Source: Alkanindiges illinoisensis DSM 15370 (lineage in GTDB: Bacteria > Pseudomonadota > Gammaproteobacteria > Pseudomonadales > Moraxellaceae). From it: DNA of 32,000 nucleotides. The stretch is taken from contig NZ_JHUX01000003.1 of NCBI RefSeq assembly GCF_000619845.1, positions 340,064 to 372,063 on the forward strand, given 5' to 3'. The position numbers and the translations under genes are program-made. Below, piece after piece: positions 18,310 through 27,616 of this stretch; the stretch's first letter is position 1, and every line of letters starts with the position of its first letter. The notes under the pieces are model-generated. The model was not told where the DNA came from and made no database searches. It saw nothing but the letters and a program-made list of their open reading frames with translations.

Positions 18310-18807
18310 TTATAGGGTATTTGCCACAGCTTCCAGTTGTTTGGCACATTGCGTCCAGCCTTCCACAAAGCCCATGCTTTCATGGCGTTGTTTGTCTTCA
18401 CTGTTTTTATGCATCACATGCACATGATAACCTGTTACGTTCTCATGGTTACTCAGGCGAATCTGCACGCTCATAAATGACTGTTCTGCTGGCCGAAAAT
18501 CAGTAGATAAGGCATCAGTCCAGCCTAATATTTCAGGTTCACACACTTGGGTAAAACAGCCAGAATTGGGATATTGTGCGCCATCAGGCGATTGCATCAG
18601 GGTAAAAAACTCGCCGCCACAGCGCAGGTCAACCCGGCAATCCGGTGTGGTATAAGGATGCGGGGCAAACCATTGCTTGATGAGTTCCGGCTGGGTTAGG
18701 GCTTGCCAGACTTTTTCGCGGGGGGCTGCAATTACCAAATCTAATGTTAAATCAAGGTCTTTATTGACTGGGCTATTGTTGTGTAAATTGTTCAGATTAT
18801 TGGGCAT
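18310..18807 (-). CDS. SRPBCC / AHSA1 (Aha1-like START-fold) domain protein
   Basis: LDLVIAAPREKVWQALTQPELIKQWF... is a typical N-terminal strand and helix of the AHSA1/SRPBCC family. Size is 165 aa. Confidence 0.75.
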   Translation of the reverse strand: MPNNLNNLHNNSPVNKDLDLTLDLVIAAPREKVWQALTQPELIKQWFAPHPYTTPDCRVDLRCGGEFFTLMQSPDGAQYPNSGCFTQVCEPEILGWTDALSTDFRPAEQSFMSVQIRLSNHENVTGYHVHVMHKNSEDKQRHESMGFVEGWTQCAKQLEAVANTL

Positions 18808-18895
18808 GAGATCATTCCTTGTTTGTTTTAAACCAGATTAGCATATCGGATGAGCTATTTTAATTGTATAAAAAGTTTAATTTATAGCGAAGAGC

Positions 18896-19351
18896 ATGGT
18901 AAGTAGTAAATTTAAAATGATGATAAGCAGTAATATTTTTAGTCCTATAACTGATACTCAAGGCGATGAACCAAGAATAATCAAAAATGTAATCTTAATT
19001 AATGACTTGGATAATGAACACTATTCTAAAATTATCTTTAAGATAAACGATGAATTCTGGATATTTAGCTGTAATCCTGATTATGATGAGATTTGTTTTG
19101 ATATTAGTTTAGAGTTACCAATTGAATCGAGTGCATCTAAAAAAATCTTAGATGAATTAATCAGTTTTTCAATTGGAAATATCTGGGCAATAATTAGTGA
19201 GAAAAATTATACTGATGGTATTTATCTATATGTTTATGATCCATCAATAATAAATGCCTCAAAATTCATTGGTATATTTACAATGATAGGAATAGGTAGC
19301 GGCCTTGTTTATGAACTAAATAAATCAAAGATATACGAATATTTAATTTAA
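18896..19351 (+). CDS. Hypothetical protein, AT-rich orphan
   Basis: Only long ORF in a ~0.75 kb islet with ~28% GC on a counted line. No signal peptide or recognisable motif. The start codon is ambiguous (18896 or 18917/18920). Confidence 0.45.
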   Translation: MVSSKFKMMISSNIFSPITDTQGDEPRIIKNVILINDLDNEHYSKIIFKINDEFWIFSCNPDYDEICFDISLELPIESSASKKILDELISFSIGNIWAIISEKNYTDGIYLYVYDPSIINASKFIGIFTMIGIGSGLVYELNKSKIYEYLI

Positions 19352-19580
19352 GCAGACTTTGGCCTAAAAGTTGTGTCTCATGCTTAACCTGCTTTTTTAA
19401 AATGTAATATGCAGCAAACTGATAGGATTTACATAAAAGCCCTGCATGTCGGATAATGTTAAAATGTAGTTAATTATTCTAGTGATTTAATATGGCATAA
19501 CGATCTTGACCAATCTTCACTTAAAAAACTGAAAAAATATCCTAGTGTAAAAGATAAACTATTCCAGCGAAGTATTGCCA

Positions 19581-20363
19581 ATGAACATCAGCTTAATCGG
19601 TAGTGGTAATGTGGCAACGCACTTGGCGCATGCCTTATATGATTTAAAGCATCAAATTGTGCAAGTTTATAGCCCAAATTTGCAAAATGCCCAGCAACTG
19701 GCGTCACTGGTGCAAGCACAGCCAATTTATCAGTTGCAGGAATTGCAACCTGCTGATTTGTATTTAATTGCAGTTAAAGATAGTGCAATTGCTGAAATAG
19801 CAGCTCAGCTTGCCCCTTTGAATATTCAGGGTATTGTTGCCCATACGTCTGGTAGTACAGCGCTTGATGTTATTCAACAGAGTAGTCAGCATTATGGCGT
19901 GTTTTATCCACTGCAAACTTTTTCCAAAGCCAAAGCGGTGGACTTTACTCAGGTGCCATTATTGCTTGAGGGGAGCAGTGCAAAAGTAATCCAGCAGCTG
20001 GATACATTGGCGCGGCAGTTGAGTACACAGGTTTATCATTACAGCACGCAGCAACGACGTAGCTTGCATCTTGCCGCGGTCATCGCCTGTAATTTTTCCA
20101 ATTATTTATATAGTGTGGCTGATGATTACTTAACCAAGCAGGGTGTTGATTTTGGTTTGCTAAAGCCCCTGATTTTGGAAACAGCCAGCAAGATTCAAAA
20201 TCATGCACCTATAAAGATGCAAACTGGCCCGGCGGTTCGGCAGGATCAGGGCATTCTGGATATGCACCAGCAGATGTTGGAAGGCCAGCCACACTTAAAG
20301 CAGGTGTATGAGCTGTTAAGTCAGGGCATTATGCAGTTGCACATGAACGGCAATGAAAATTAG
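19581..20363 (+). CDS. Rossmann-fold NAD(P)-binding protein of the DUF2520 type (putative oxidoreductase)
   Basis: N-terminal ISLIGSGNVATHLAHAL dinucleotide-binding motif. About 260 aa with a helical C-terminal domain as in DUF2520 / ProC-ApbA-like reductases. ATG at 19581 preferred over TTG at 19575. Confidence 0.6.
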   Translation: MNISLIGSGNVATHLAHALYDLKHQIVQVYSPNLQNAQQLASLVQAQPIYQLQELQPADLYLIAVKDSAIAEIAAQLAPLNIQGIVAHTSGSTALDVIQQSSQHYGVFYPLQTFSKAKAVDFTQVPLLLEGSSAKVIQQLDTLARQLSTQVYHYSTQQRRSLHLAAVIACNFSNYLYSVADDYLTKQGVDFGLLKPLILETASKIQNHAPIKMQTGPAVRQDQGILDMHQQMLEGQPHLKQVYELLSQGIMQLHMNGNEN

Positions 20364-20365
20364 CC

Positions 20366-20393
20366 ATAAAAAAAGCCAGTACAGAGCTGGCTT
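20366..20393 (-). terminator. Rho-independent terminator of trmB
   Basis: AAGCCAG / CTGGCTT stem (20373-20379 and 20387-20393), 7-nt loop. The T7 run is on the minus strand (complement of 20366-20372). Confidence 0.7.
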
Positions 20394-20423
20394 AATCGTC
20401 ATAGCTTAAGACTAAGCGGCTAC

Positions 20424-21218
20424 TTAGGTTTTCTCAAAAATAAAGTCCCAGACACCATGGCCGGCTTCATGGCCACGACGTTCAAATTTGGTTTCTGGCC
20501 GCCAGTCTGGCCGTGGTGCCGCATTGCCTTTGCCATAAACATTTTTTAGGGCAGGTCGATTATCTAAGACATCAAGCATCCATTCAGCATAATGTTCCCA
20601 ATCTGTTGCTGCATGAAACCAGCCACCTGTTGCCAGTTTTTGTTCAACCAGCGGCATACGTTCATGTGACACAAAGCGGCGTTTAAAATGCTTTTTCTTT
20701 TGCCATGGATCGGGAAAATACAATTGCAGGCGATCAATTGAGCCATCTGGCAAGCCATTAAGCACTTCCAGCGCATCGGCATCCATAACTCGCAGGTTGG
20801 TGAGGCCTGCCATGCCTGCCTCATAGACACACTGGGCAATACCTGGTACATGCACTTCAATGCCTAAAAAATTACGTTCTGGAGCAGCCTGTGCCATCAA
20901 CACCAGTGAACGGCCCATGCCAAAGCCAATTTCTACAGTTAGTGGATGCTCCGGGTGTTCAAACAACTGGCGGGCATCATGAATAGGGGCTTCAACAATC
21001 AGATGCTGGTAATCTTCCAGCGCCTTGGCTTGAGACGTATTTAAGGGTGATGAACGACGCATGAAAGTCAGCACCGAACGGTGTGCCCTGCCATTTTCAG
21101 CAGTACCAGTCTGCGCATTTTGAGCTTGATCATCTCCATCTGGACGGTCAGGCTGATCGGCAAGCTGAATAGGTTCCTGTGAATGCTGTTGTTCGGATTG
21201 GATCGAAGGCTGCGTCAT
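20424..21218 (-). CDS. trmB: tRNA (guanine46-N7)-methyltransferase
   Basis: FPDPWQKKKHFKRR and SAM-binding IEIGFGMG-type motifs. ATG at 21218 preferred over the TTG at 21242. An acidic, Q-rich N-terminal extension precedes the conserved core. Confidence 0.92.
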   Translation of the reverse strand: MTQPSIQSEQQHSQEPIQLADQPDRPDGDDQAQNAQTGTAENGRAHRSVLTFMRRSSPLNTSQAKALEDYQHLIVEAPIHDARQLFEHPEHPLTVEIGFGMGRSLVLMAQAAPERNFLGIEVHVPGIAQCVYEAGMAGLTNLRVMDADALEVLNGLPDGSIDRLQLYFPDPWQKKKHFKRRFVSHERMPLVEQKLATGGWFHAATDWEHYAEWMLDVLDNRPALKNVYGKGNAAPRPDWRPETKFERRGHEAGHGVWDFIFEKT

Positions 21219-21370
21219 GGAAAAACGGTTGGCTACTGGCAAAAAGATGGACGCATTGTACTGGATTTTTAGCTGGTTTACTTCTAGAAGATATCATTCT
21301 AGTCTGGCTGACTCATGCCATTATAAAATAAGACGTGTTCAAATTGCCCATAAACAGGAAAACAGAATCA

Positions 21371-21610
21371 ATGCCATCAAGATATCCAGTCGATAAAAAA
21401 ATCTGGTTTCCTGCCAAACGCTATGGCTTGGGTTGGGGCTTACCGATAGTATGGCAAGGCTGGGTGGTGCTAGTAAGTTATTTTATACTTTTGCTGGGCG
21501 GCACCATTTGGCTACTCTATGAAAGTATTGCTTATTATTTGCTTTATGTTTTTATCATTACCATAATTTTGATAGTGATCTGTTTTATCAAGGGTAAACG
21601 TCTGGGCTAA
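21371..21610 (+). CDS. Small hypothetical membrane protein
   Basis: Two predicted TM helices (WVVLVSYFILLLGGTIWLL and YYLLYVFIITIILIVICFI) after a KRYGLGWGLP motif. AGGAA lies 10 nt before the ATG at 21371. The ORF track starts at the GTG at 21335. Confidence 0.45.
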   Translation: MPSRYPVDKKIWFPAKRYGLGWGLPIVWQGWVVLVSYFILLLGGTIWLLYESIAYYLLYVFIITIILIVICFIKGKRLG

Positions 21611-21659
21611 GATGAAATATAAAAAATTCTTATCCCCTTTACCATATTAGCCTCTACTC

Positions 21660-22265
21660 ATGACCTTTACCATTTTCGACATTACTACTGCTCAGCATGA
21701 TATTAAAAAAAGCCGTTTTATAGCCATTGCGGCACCTGTGGGTTCCATTGAACAGGCACAGCAGTTTCTGGCGCAGCAGCATGATGCCAGCGCCACACAT
21801 CAGTGCTGGGCATGGAAAATCAATGGGCAAAGCCGGGTGAATGATGATGGTGAACCCGGTGGAACAGCAGGTAGACCCATTCTGGCAGTGATTGAAGGCC
21901 AGCAACTGGACAATATCATTGTACTGGTCAATCGCTGGTATGGTGGCGTCAAGCTGGGGACAGGAGGATTGGTACGCGCCTATGGCGGAACCGCGCAGCT
22001 ATGCTTACAGGCTGCTCACAAGGTTGAACTGATCAAAACCTTGCAGGCCAGTTTCTTTGTGAGTTTTGCAGAATGGGCGCGGGTAGAACATTACCTTCAG
22101 ACCCATCCAGTGCAGATTGTGCAGCAGCATTATGACGCACAGGGGATTCAGCTTGAGGTGAACATTGCAGAAGCGTTTAAGAATGAGTTTAATGGCTGGT
22201 TGCAGGGCATCACTGCTGGACGGGAAAATTTAACAATTAAAAAGCCTGAAGGTGCATCAAATTAA
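21660..22265 (+). CDS. yigZ: IMPACT-family protein YigZ (UPF0029)
   Basis: KKSRFIA...HQCWAW...DDGEPGGTAGRPIL...RWYGGVKLGTGGLVRAYGG matches E. coli YigZ motif for motif. Confidence 0.85.
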   Translation: MTFTIFDITTAQHDIKKSRFIAIAAPVGSIEQAQQFLAQQHDASATHQCWAWKINGQSRVNDDGEPGGTAGRPILAVIEGQQLDNIIVLVNRWYGGVKLGTGGLVRAYGGTAQLCLQAAHKVELIKTLQASFFVSFAEWARVEHYLQTHPVQIVQQHYDAQGIQLEVNIAEAFKNEFNGWLQGITAGRENLTIKKPEGASN

Positions 22266-22305
22266 AGCGGATAAATCAATGTTGATAGCTATGTTAAGAG
22301 CCATA

Positions 22306-22348
22306 TAAAAAAGCGCAGCATCCTAAAAACTGTCTTAGTCACTGCGCT
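22306..22348 (-). terminator. Probable terminator of the M15 peptidase gene
   Basis: AGCGCAG (22312-22318) pairs with CTGCGCT (22342-22348). The large 23-nt loop can partly pair internally (CTAA/TTAG). T-run on the minus strand. Confidence 0.4.
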
Positions 22349-22413
22349 GTTCACTTTCTAAAAAAATAATAAGATGTAATGACAATGTCATTAGGTTTTA
22401 ACCAGAATTCTAC

Positions 22414-23169
22414 TTAGCTTGGGCAGATTGAAGTGTTATGCGTATGGTCTGGCCCCCATGTTCTAAAACCCTGGGTATCAATATGAATCTGGCCACTGGC
22501 ATAAACACCCAGGCCCATATTCAGGCGCTGGCCATTGTTTTGCCAGTATTCACACAACTGATGTTTAGCGCGGGCAATTTTTTCAAGCTCACCAATATCC
22601 GGGTTTTCACTGCCAATCCGAAAATCCAGTGCAGAATTATGCACATGCTTGCTGCCTGGGCTACCATTGGCGCACTGGTTAAGCTCAGCATCACGATAGA
22701 CCGAAGTGACTTCAATATCATCCAGAATTTTTTGATCCTGCAACTGCTGTAACACTTTGAGGGTAGGCAGCAGATTGTCCCATAACTCACTTGACGGCAC
22801 AGCGTACGGTTCACGGCCACAGCGTTCCCAGTCACGTGCGCTTTTAAGCAATTCAAACATGGGTGCTGCCCGGCTGACATCGTGGCGAATCAGGTAATTG
22901 TGATAGCGGTTCACCTGTTGCTCGTGTAAACCTTCACTCAGCCACTGCTTATAGCTGGACGGTGGCGCACGGTGCCAATGGGTGTTTTGTTCAATCATTA
23001 GCTCTGGTGGCAATTTGTTCAGTTTTAAAGGTTGAGCAGGACGAATCACCTGGGTATGAATAACCGGTTTTTTGGCTGGTGGATTGATACAGCTTCCCAG
23101 CAATGGCATCAGGCATAACAGGAACAACCAACGAAGCTGTGTATGATCCGCCTTGGTTTGCTGTAGCAT
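22414..23169 (-). CDS. Lipoprotein, LAS/M15-family zinc peptidase-like (cell-wall peptidase type)
   Basis: Lipobox LLGSC. Motifs SVYRDAELN, GSKHVHNSALDF and IHIDTQG fit the H/D/H zinc-ligand arrangement of the peptidase M15 (YcbK/VanY-like) family. Start set at 23169, which has an AAGGAG SD; the upstream ATG at 23187 lacks one. Confidence 0.65.
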   Translation of the reverse strand: MLQQTKADHTQLRWLFLLCLMPLLGSCINPPAKKPVIHTQVIRPAQPLKLNKLPPELMIEQNTHWHRAPPSSYKQWLSEGLHEQQVNRYHNYLIRHDVSRAAPMFELLKSARDWERCGREPYAVPSSELWDNLLPTLKVLQQLQDQKILDDIEVTSVYRDAELNQCANGSPGSKHVHNSALDFRIGSENPDIGELEKIARAKHQLCEYWQNNGQRLNMGLGVYASGQIHIDTQGFRTWGPDHTHNTSICPS

Positions 23170-23308
23170 TCGTGCTCCTTTTTTCATGAAATAATTTTTA
23201 AGCCAGTCCGGTGTTATATTGTAACAATCAGCCAGTTTTACAAGCCTGTGCTTGACCGGAATTTTGTAAAAAACAATTCACAGTGTGTAGGTTTATTGAG
23301 TGCACCTA

Positions 23309-23338
23309 AACAAAAAAGCCCGCTTGTGGCGAGCTTTT
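23309..23338 (-). terminator. Rho-independent terminator, originally that of fdxA and now separated from it by the IS
   Basis: On the minus strand: AGCTCGC CACAA GCGGGCT, followed by TTTTTTGTTT. Confidence 0.7.
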
Positions 23339-23344
23339 AAGCTA

Positions 23345-24156
23345 GAGCGTGTCATCAATTGAGCCAGATGATGGAAGAGGCCAGATAGATGGCTGACAGG
23401 AAGTGTAGAGCCAGCTTATCATAGCGTGTGGCAATGCCCCTGTACTGCTTGAGCTTGGCAAAGAAGTTTTCAATTAAATGGCGTGCCTTGTATAAGTGCC
23501 GGTCATAGCCGCGTGGTGCTTTACAGTTACTTTTACTCGGCATCACTACTTTGCCATTTTTGTTCTGGATCGGTTCAATCACCCTGTCTTTGGAATTATA
23601 AGCTTTGTCCATAAGCCATGTTGAGCTTAAGCTAAGATCAAGCAATACATCCGCACCCTTTAGATCATGATCCTGTCCTTTAGTTAAGTAAAAGCCAGTG
23701 GGATTGCCTAAAGCATCAGTCCGGGTATGGATTTTAGTACTCAATCCCCCTTTGCTGCGTCTAATGGCTTGATCCCCCTTTTTCCTGCACTGTGCTGATG
23801 GGCACGCACTATGGTTGAGTCAATCATCGCATATTCATTGTCAATGTCTTGGGATAAAGCTTCAAATACGCGTTGCCATATTCCTGATCTTGACCAGCGA
23901 CTAAAGCGGGTATGCACCACCCGAAAATCACCAAATCGTTCAGGCAGATCCCGCCACGGGATACCTGCCCTGTAGCGGTACAAGACAGCTTCAACGAACA
24001 GGCGGTTATCTTTGGCAGTGACCCCAACAGTGTTGGTGCGTCCGGGCAGTAGGTCTTTGATGCGATCCCACTGGTCATCACGTAAGGCATAACGTCTAGT
24101 CATAACCCTATAATGAAGGCAACTTGTATTTTCTCAACCTAATTGATGACACGCCC
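23345..24156 (-). mobile_element. Complete IS5-family insertion sequence (IS427/IS1031-like group), ~810 bp
   Basis: Terminal inverted repeats GAGCGTGTCATCAATT (23345-23360) and AATTGATGACACGCCC (24141-24156) match at 15 of 16 positions. Flanks read cTA / TAg, so the target duplication is TA, or CTAG if the IS is 23346-24155. A two-ORF transposase lies inside. Confidence 0.85.
23355..24103 (-). CDS. IS5-family DDE transposase, orfA/orfB joined by a -1 frameshift
   Basis: orfA spans 23741-24103 (MTRRYALRDDQWDRIKDLLPG...HQHSAGK). The -1 frame continues KKGDQAIRRSKGGLSTKIHTRTDALGNP...YKARHLIENFFAKLKQYRGIATRYDK. The slippery run is GGAAAAAGGGGG on the minus strand at about 23763-23774. Confidence 0.85.
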
Positions 24157-24181
24157 TAGAAAAATCCGTAATCCAGCCAGT

Positions 24182-24505
24182 TTATTTTTCCAGATATTGC
24201 AGCTTGTCTGGCTTGCCGTTCCATTCTTCACGGTCAGCAGGCTGATCACCGATCTGGGTAATGTTGGGCCATTTTTGTGACAGGTCAGCGTTGATCTCAA
24301 TAAAAACTTCCTGACCTGCCGGCAGCTCATCTTCTGAGAAAATAGCGTTGGCCGGGCACTCTGGTTCACACAGCGCGCAGTCAATGCACTCATCCGGATT
24401 GATCACCAGAAAATTAGGGCCTTCATAGAAACAATCGACTGGGCAAACTTCTACGCAGTCCTGATATTTACATTTAATACAGTTTTCGGTGACAACAAAG
24501 GTCAT
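24182..24505 (-). CDS. fdxA: 7Fe ferredoxin (Azotobacter/Pseudomonas FdxA type)
   Basis: [26 protein letters not shown]...[12 protein letters not shown], 107 aa. Adjacent to mutS, as in Pseudomonas. Confidence 0.92.
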   Translation of the reverse strand: MTFVVTENCIKCKYQDCVEVCPVDCFYEGPNFLVINPDECIDCALCEPECPANAIFSEDELPAGQEVFIEINADLSQKWPNITQIGDQPADREEWNGKPDKLQYLEK

Positions 24506-24673
24506 GGCGACAGCTACCCTACAACATGATGTTAGCAATTAGAGGCTATTTTAGGCGCTTTTGCCTGCTAGTAACAATTCCTTTTAGTGATATTATTTAT
24601 AGATAACGCCGCTTAAGACTTCAATTAAATAAAAATCAAGGCTTAAGTGGCTTATTTTCTGGTGTTGTCACCC

Positions 24674-27310
24674 TTAAATCTGCTGCTTTAACGCATACAA
24701 AAGTTCAAGCGCCTGCCGGGGCGTCAGGTTATCCACATCTGTTTGTTGCAGTTGCTCCAGCACAGGGGAAGGTTTTTCCACTTCTATAATCTGCACTTGG
24801 GGTTCTACCACAATGTGTTTTGGCGCAGTATCAAAGTCAAATAAATCATTTTGATGTGCTGTACCAATATACTTGCTTTGCTGGCGCTCCAGAATTTTCA
24901 GGCGCTGCTGGGCTTCCTTGAGTACAGATGTTGGAATACCGGCCAGCTTGGCCACCTGTATGCCATGACTTTGGTTGGCCGCACCGTTGCGTACCTGATG
25001 CAATAAAATCAGGTCACCATTAATTTCCTTGGCAGCCACGTGATAATTATCAATACCGGACTGCTGGCCCAGCTCAGTCAGCTCAAAATAATGCGTGGCA
25101 AACAGGCACAAACATTGAATGCGCTTGGCCAGATCCAGCACACAGGCCCAAGCCAGCGACAAACCATCGTAAGTGCTGGTGCCACGACCTACTTCATCCA
25201 TCAACACCAGGGAGTGGCTGGTCGCATGGTGCAGGATTTGTGCAGTTTCAGTCATTTCGACCATAAAAGTTGATTTGCCGCTAGACAGATCATCAGCAGA
25301 ACCAATCCGGGTAAAAATCCGGTCAATCGGGCCAAGCCGGGCTTGCTTGGCAGGCACAAAACTGCCGCAATAAGCCAGAATGCAAATCAGGGCTGTTTGC
25401 CGCATATAGGTGGATTTACCGCCCATATTGGGTCCAGTGATTAAGGCAAGCCGGTGTTTTTCATTTAAATTGACATCATTGGGCGTAAAAGACGCTTTAA
25501 TTAAGGACTCTACAACCGGATGGCGTCCAGCCTGAATATCAATGCCGCATTCCGGCTGAAAACTGGGGCGTACCCACTGGCGGTTGCGGGCCTGTGCCGC
25601 CCAGTTGGATAAGACGTCCAGCTCGGCAATCGCAGCACTCATGCCCTGTAGCGCAGCCAGTTCCTGACGCAGTTTGTCTAGCAGATGATCAAATAACTGC
25701 TTTTCGCGGTTTAAGGCACGCGATTCACTGGACAGCACCTTGTCTTCAAAGGTTTTAAGCTCTGGTGTGATATAGCGCTCAACATTTTTCAGGGTTTGCC
25801 GCCGAATAAAATGTGCAGGCGCTGATTCACTTTGCGCACGGGTTAATTCAATGTAGTAGCCACTCACCCGGTTGTAGCCAATTTTCAGGGTGGCAATCCC
25901 GGTGTTTTCCCGTTCACGCTGTTCCATATCCAGCAAAAACTGGTTGGCATGGTCGCGAATCTGGCGCAGTTCATCCAGTTCGCGATCAAAACCCGCTGCA
26001 ATCACGCCACCGTCACGCAACAGCACCGGTGGGGTTTCAACCACGGCCTGTTTGAGAAACTCAAATACATGATTAAAACTGCCAAGCTGCTGCGAAAGCT
26101 GCTGGAGCACCAGACTTTTTTGATGCAGCGCAGAGTGCAGGGCGTGATGCACAAAGGGCAACTGCGCACAGGCTTGCCGCAGCATCACCAGGTCACGTGG
26201 GCGTGCAGTATTAAGGGCAACGCGGCCCAGTACCCGCTCAACATCGCCAATGCTGGACAGCGCTACGCGAATGGCTTCTTCATGGTAGCCATTTAAAATG
26301 TCAGCAATGGCGTCCTGACGTTGCTCCAGCAGTTTAGTGTCACGTAAAGGCTGCATGAGATGGCGCGCCAGCAAGCGTGAACCCATCACGGTCTGGCAGC
26401 GGTCTACCAGCTTGAGCAGGGATGTACCATGCTCAAACAAGGGCTCGGTAATTTCCAGATTACGCCTAGTGACCGGATCAAGCGCAATAAAGGCATCCAT
26501 GCTTTCTACACGAATGCGCTGGATGTGCGGCAGGCTGGTTTTCTGGGTTTCGCTGGCATAATGCAGCAATGCGGCCGCTGCTGCCTGTGCCAGTTTTAAA
26601 TGCTCAACGCCAAACCCAGCCAGTGTGCTGACCTTGAATTGTCGGCACAGCACATCGGCAGCATTGCCCGGATGAAAATCCACATTGGGGCGTCGGGTTA
26701 ATGGCGTTTCAATCTCCTGTCGCAATTGTTTAACAATAGGGCTATCTTCCACATCTTCACTGATTAAAATTTCAGCCGGTGCCAGACGCGCCAGTTCAAT
26801 ATTCAGTCGCAAATAATCCAGCGGCATTTCCTGCACCAGAAACTGGCCAGAGCTGAGTTCAAGAATGGCAATGCCCACTTTATCCTTATCAAAGCTCAAC
26901 GCGGCTAGACTGGCACTTTGATGGCTGGGCAATAGTGCGTCGTCAGTTAGGGTGCCGGGCGTTAAAATCCGCACTACTTTGCGTTCAACCGGGCCTTTGC
27001 CGGTAATCTCACCCACCTGTTCACAAATGGCGACTGTTTCACCAGCTTTGACCAGTCGCGCCAGATAGCCTTCTGCTGCATGATAGGGCACTCCAGCCAT
27101 GGGAATTGGCTCACCATTGCTTTTGCCGCGATGTGTCAGGGTAATGCCCAACAGCTTGACGGCCCGGTGCGCATCCTCAAAAAATAGCTCATAAAAGTCA
27201 CCCATGCGATAAAACACCAGTGCATGCGCATATTGCTGTTTGACAGTCAGGTATTGCTGCATCATGGGTGTGTGTGAACTCAGGTCAAGCATGGGATTAG
27301 CGACATTCAC
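24674..27310 (-). CDS. mutS: DNA mismatch repair protein MutS
   Basis: 878 aa. N-terminal mismatch-binding GDFYELF, Walker [10 protein letters not shown], intact full-length frame. Confidence 0.97.
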   Translation of the reverse strand: MNVANPMLDLSSHTPMMQQYLTVKQQYAHALVFYRMGDFYELFFEDAHRAVKLLGITLTHRGKSNGEPIPMAGVPYHAAEGYLARLVKAGETVAICEQVGEITGKGPVERKVVRILTPGTLTDDALLPSHQSASLAALSFDKDKVGIAILELSSGQFLVQEMPLDYLRLNIELARLAPAEILISEDVEDSPIVKQLRQEIETPLTRRPNVDFHPGNAADVLCRQFKVSTLAGFGVEHLKLAQAAAAALLHYASETQKTSLPHIQRIRVESMDAFIALDPVTRRNLEITEPLFEHGTSLLKLVDRCQTVMGSRLLARHLMQPLRDTKLLEQRQDAIADILNGYHEEAIRVALSSIGDVERVLGRVALNTARPRDLVMLRQACAQLPFVHHALHSALHQKSLVLQQLSQQLGSFNHVFEFLKQAVVETPPVLLRDGGVIAAGFDRELDELRQIRDHANQFLLDMEQRERENTGIATLKIGYNRVSGYYIELTRAQSESAPAHFIRRQTLKNVERYITPELKTFEDKVLSSESRALNREKQLFDHLLDKLRQELAALQGMSAAIAELDVLSNWAAQARNRQWVRPSFQPECGIDIQAGRHPVVESLIKASFTPNDVNLNEKHRLALITGPNMGGKSTYMRQTALICILAYCGSFVPAKQARLGPIDRIFTRIGSADDLSSGKSTFMVEMTETAQILHHATSHSLVLMDEVGRGTSTYDGLSLAWACVLDLAKRIQCLCLFATHYFELTELGQQSGIDNYHVAAKEINGDLILLHQVRNGAANQSHGIQVAKLAGIPTSVLKEAQQRLKILERQQSKYIGTAHQNDLFDFDTAPKHIVVEPQVQIIEVEKPSPVLEQLQQTDVDNLTPRQALELLYALKQQI

Positions 27311-27327
27311 TGGGTATAAAATCCTCT

Positions 27328-27403
27328 GGAAACAACAGTTCTGTAAATAATAATTCGTTTAACGGCAATTATTGAAACAACAATTTTGAAAGCAACAATT
27401 CTG
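27328..27403. repeat. Three copies of a ~15-bp direct repeat, GAAA(G)CAACAATTYTG, in the mutS upstream region
   Basis: GGAAACAACAGTTCTG at 27328-27343, TGAAACAACAATTTTG at 27373-27388 and GAAAGCAACAATTCTG at 27388-27403. The last two are directly tandem. Confidence 0.6.
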
Positions 27404-27616
27404 AAAAATAAACATACGGGCAAATGATACATGCGTTAGCTTTCCACAAGTGTTCAACAGTAATCAACCTGAGCCTGAAAAAATATATTTTTTCCAGGGT
27501 AAGATACAATGATCAATGCCTATAAATCACGCTGGATTGCATGAACACTGTATTTTAACAAATTTAGGCGTATTCATAAAAAGGAATAAGTCATGCAAGA
27601 GATAAACGTCAGGTAG

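Noticed and set aside
21281-21302. Clustered short palindromes (TTCTAGAA, GATATC) in the trmB upstream region
   Set aside because: These are 6-8-bp palindromes expected by chance in AT-rich intergenic DNA, and there is no second copy in the window.
27328-27403. CRISPR-like array
   Set aside because: There are only three short (~15 bp) imperfect repeats, two directly abutting with no spacers, and no cas genes. This is not a CRISPR array.
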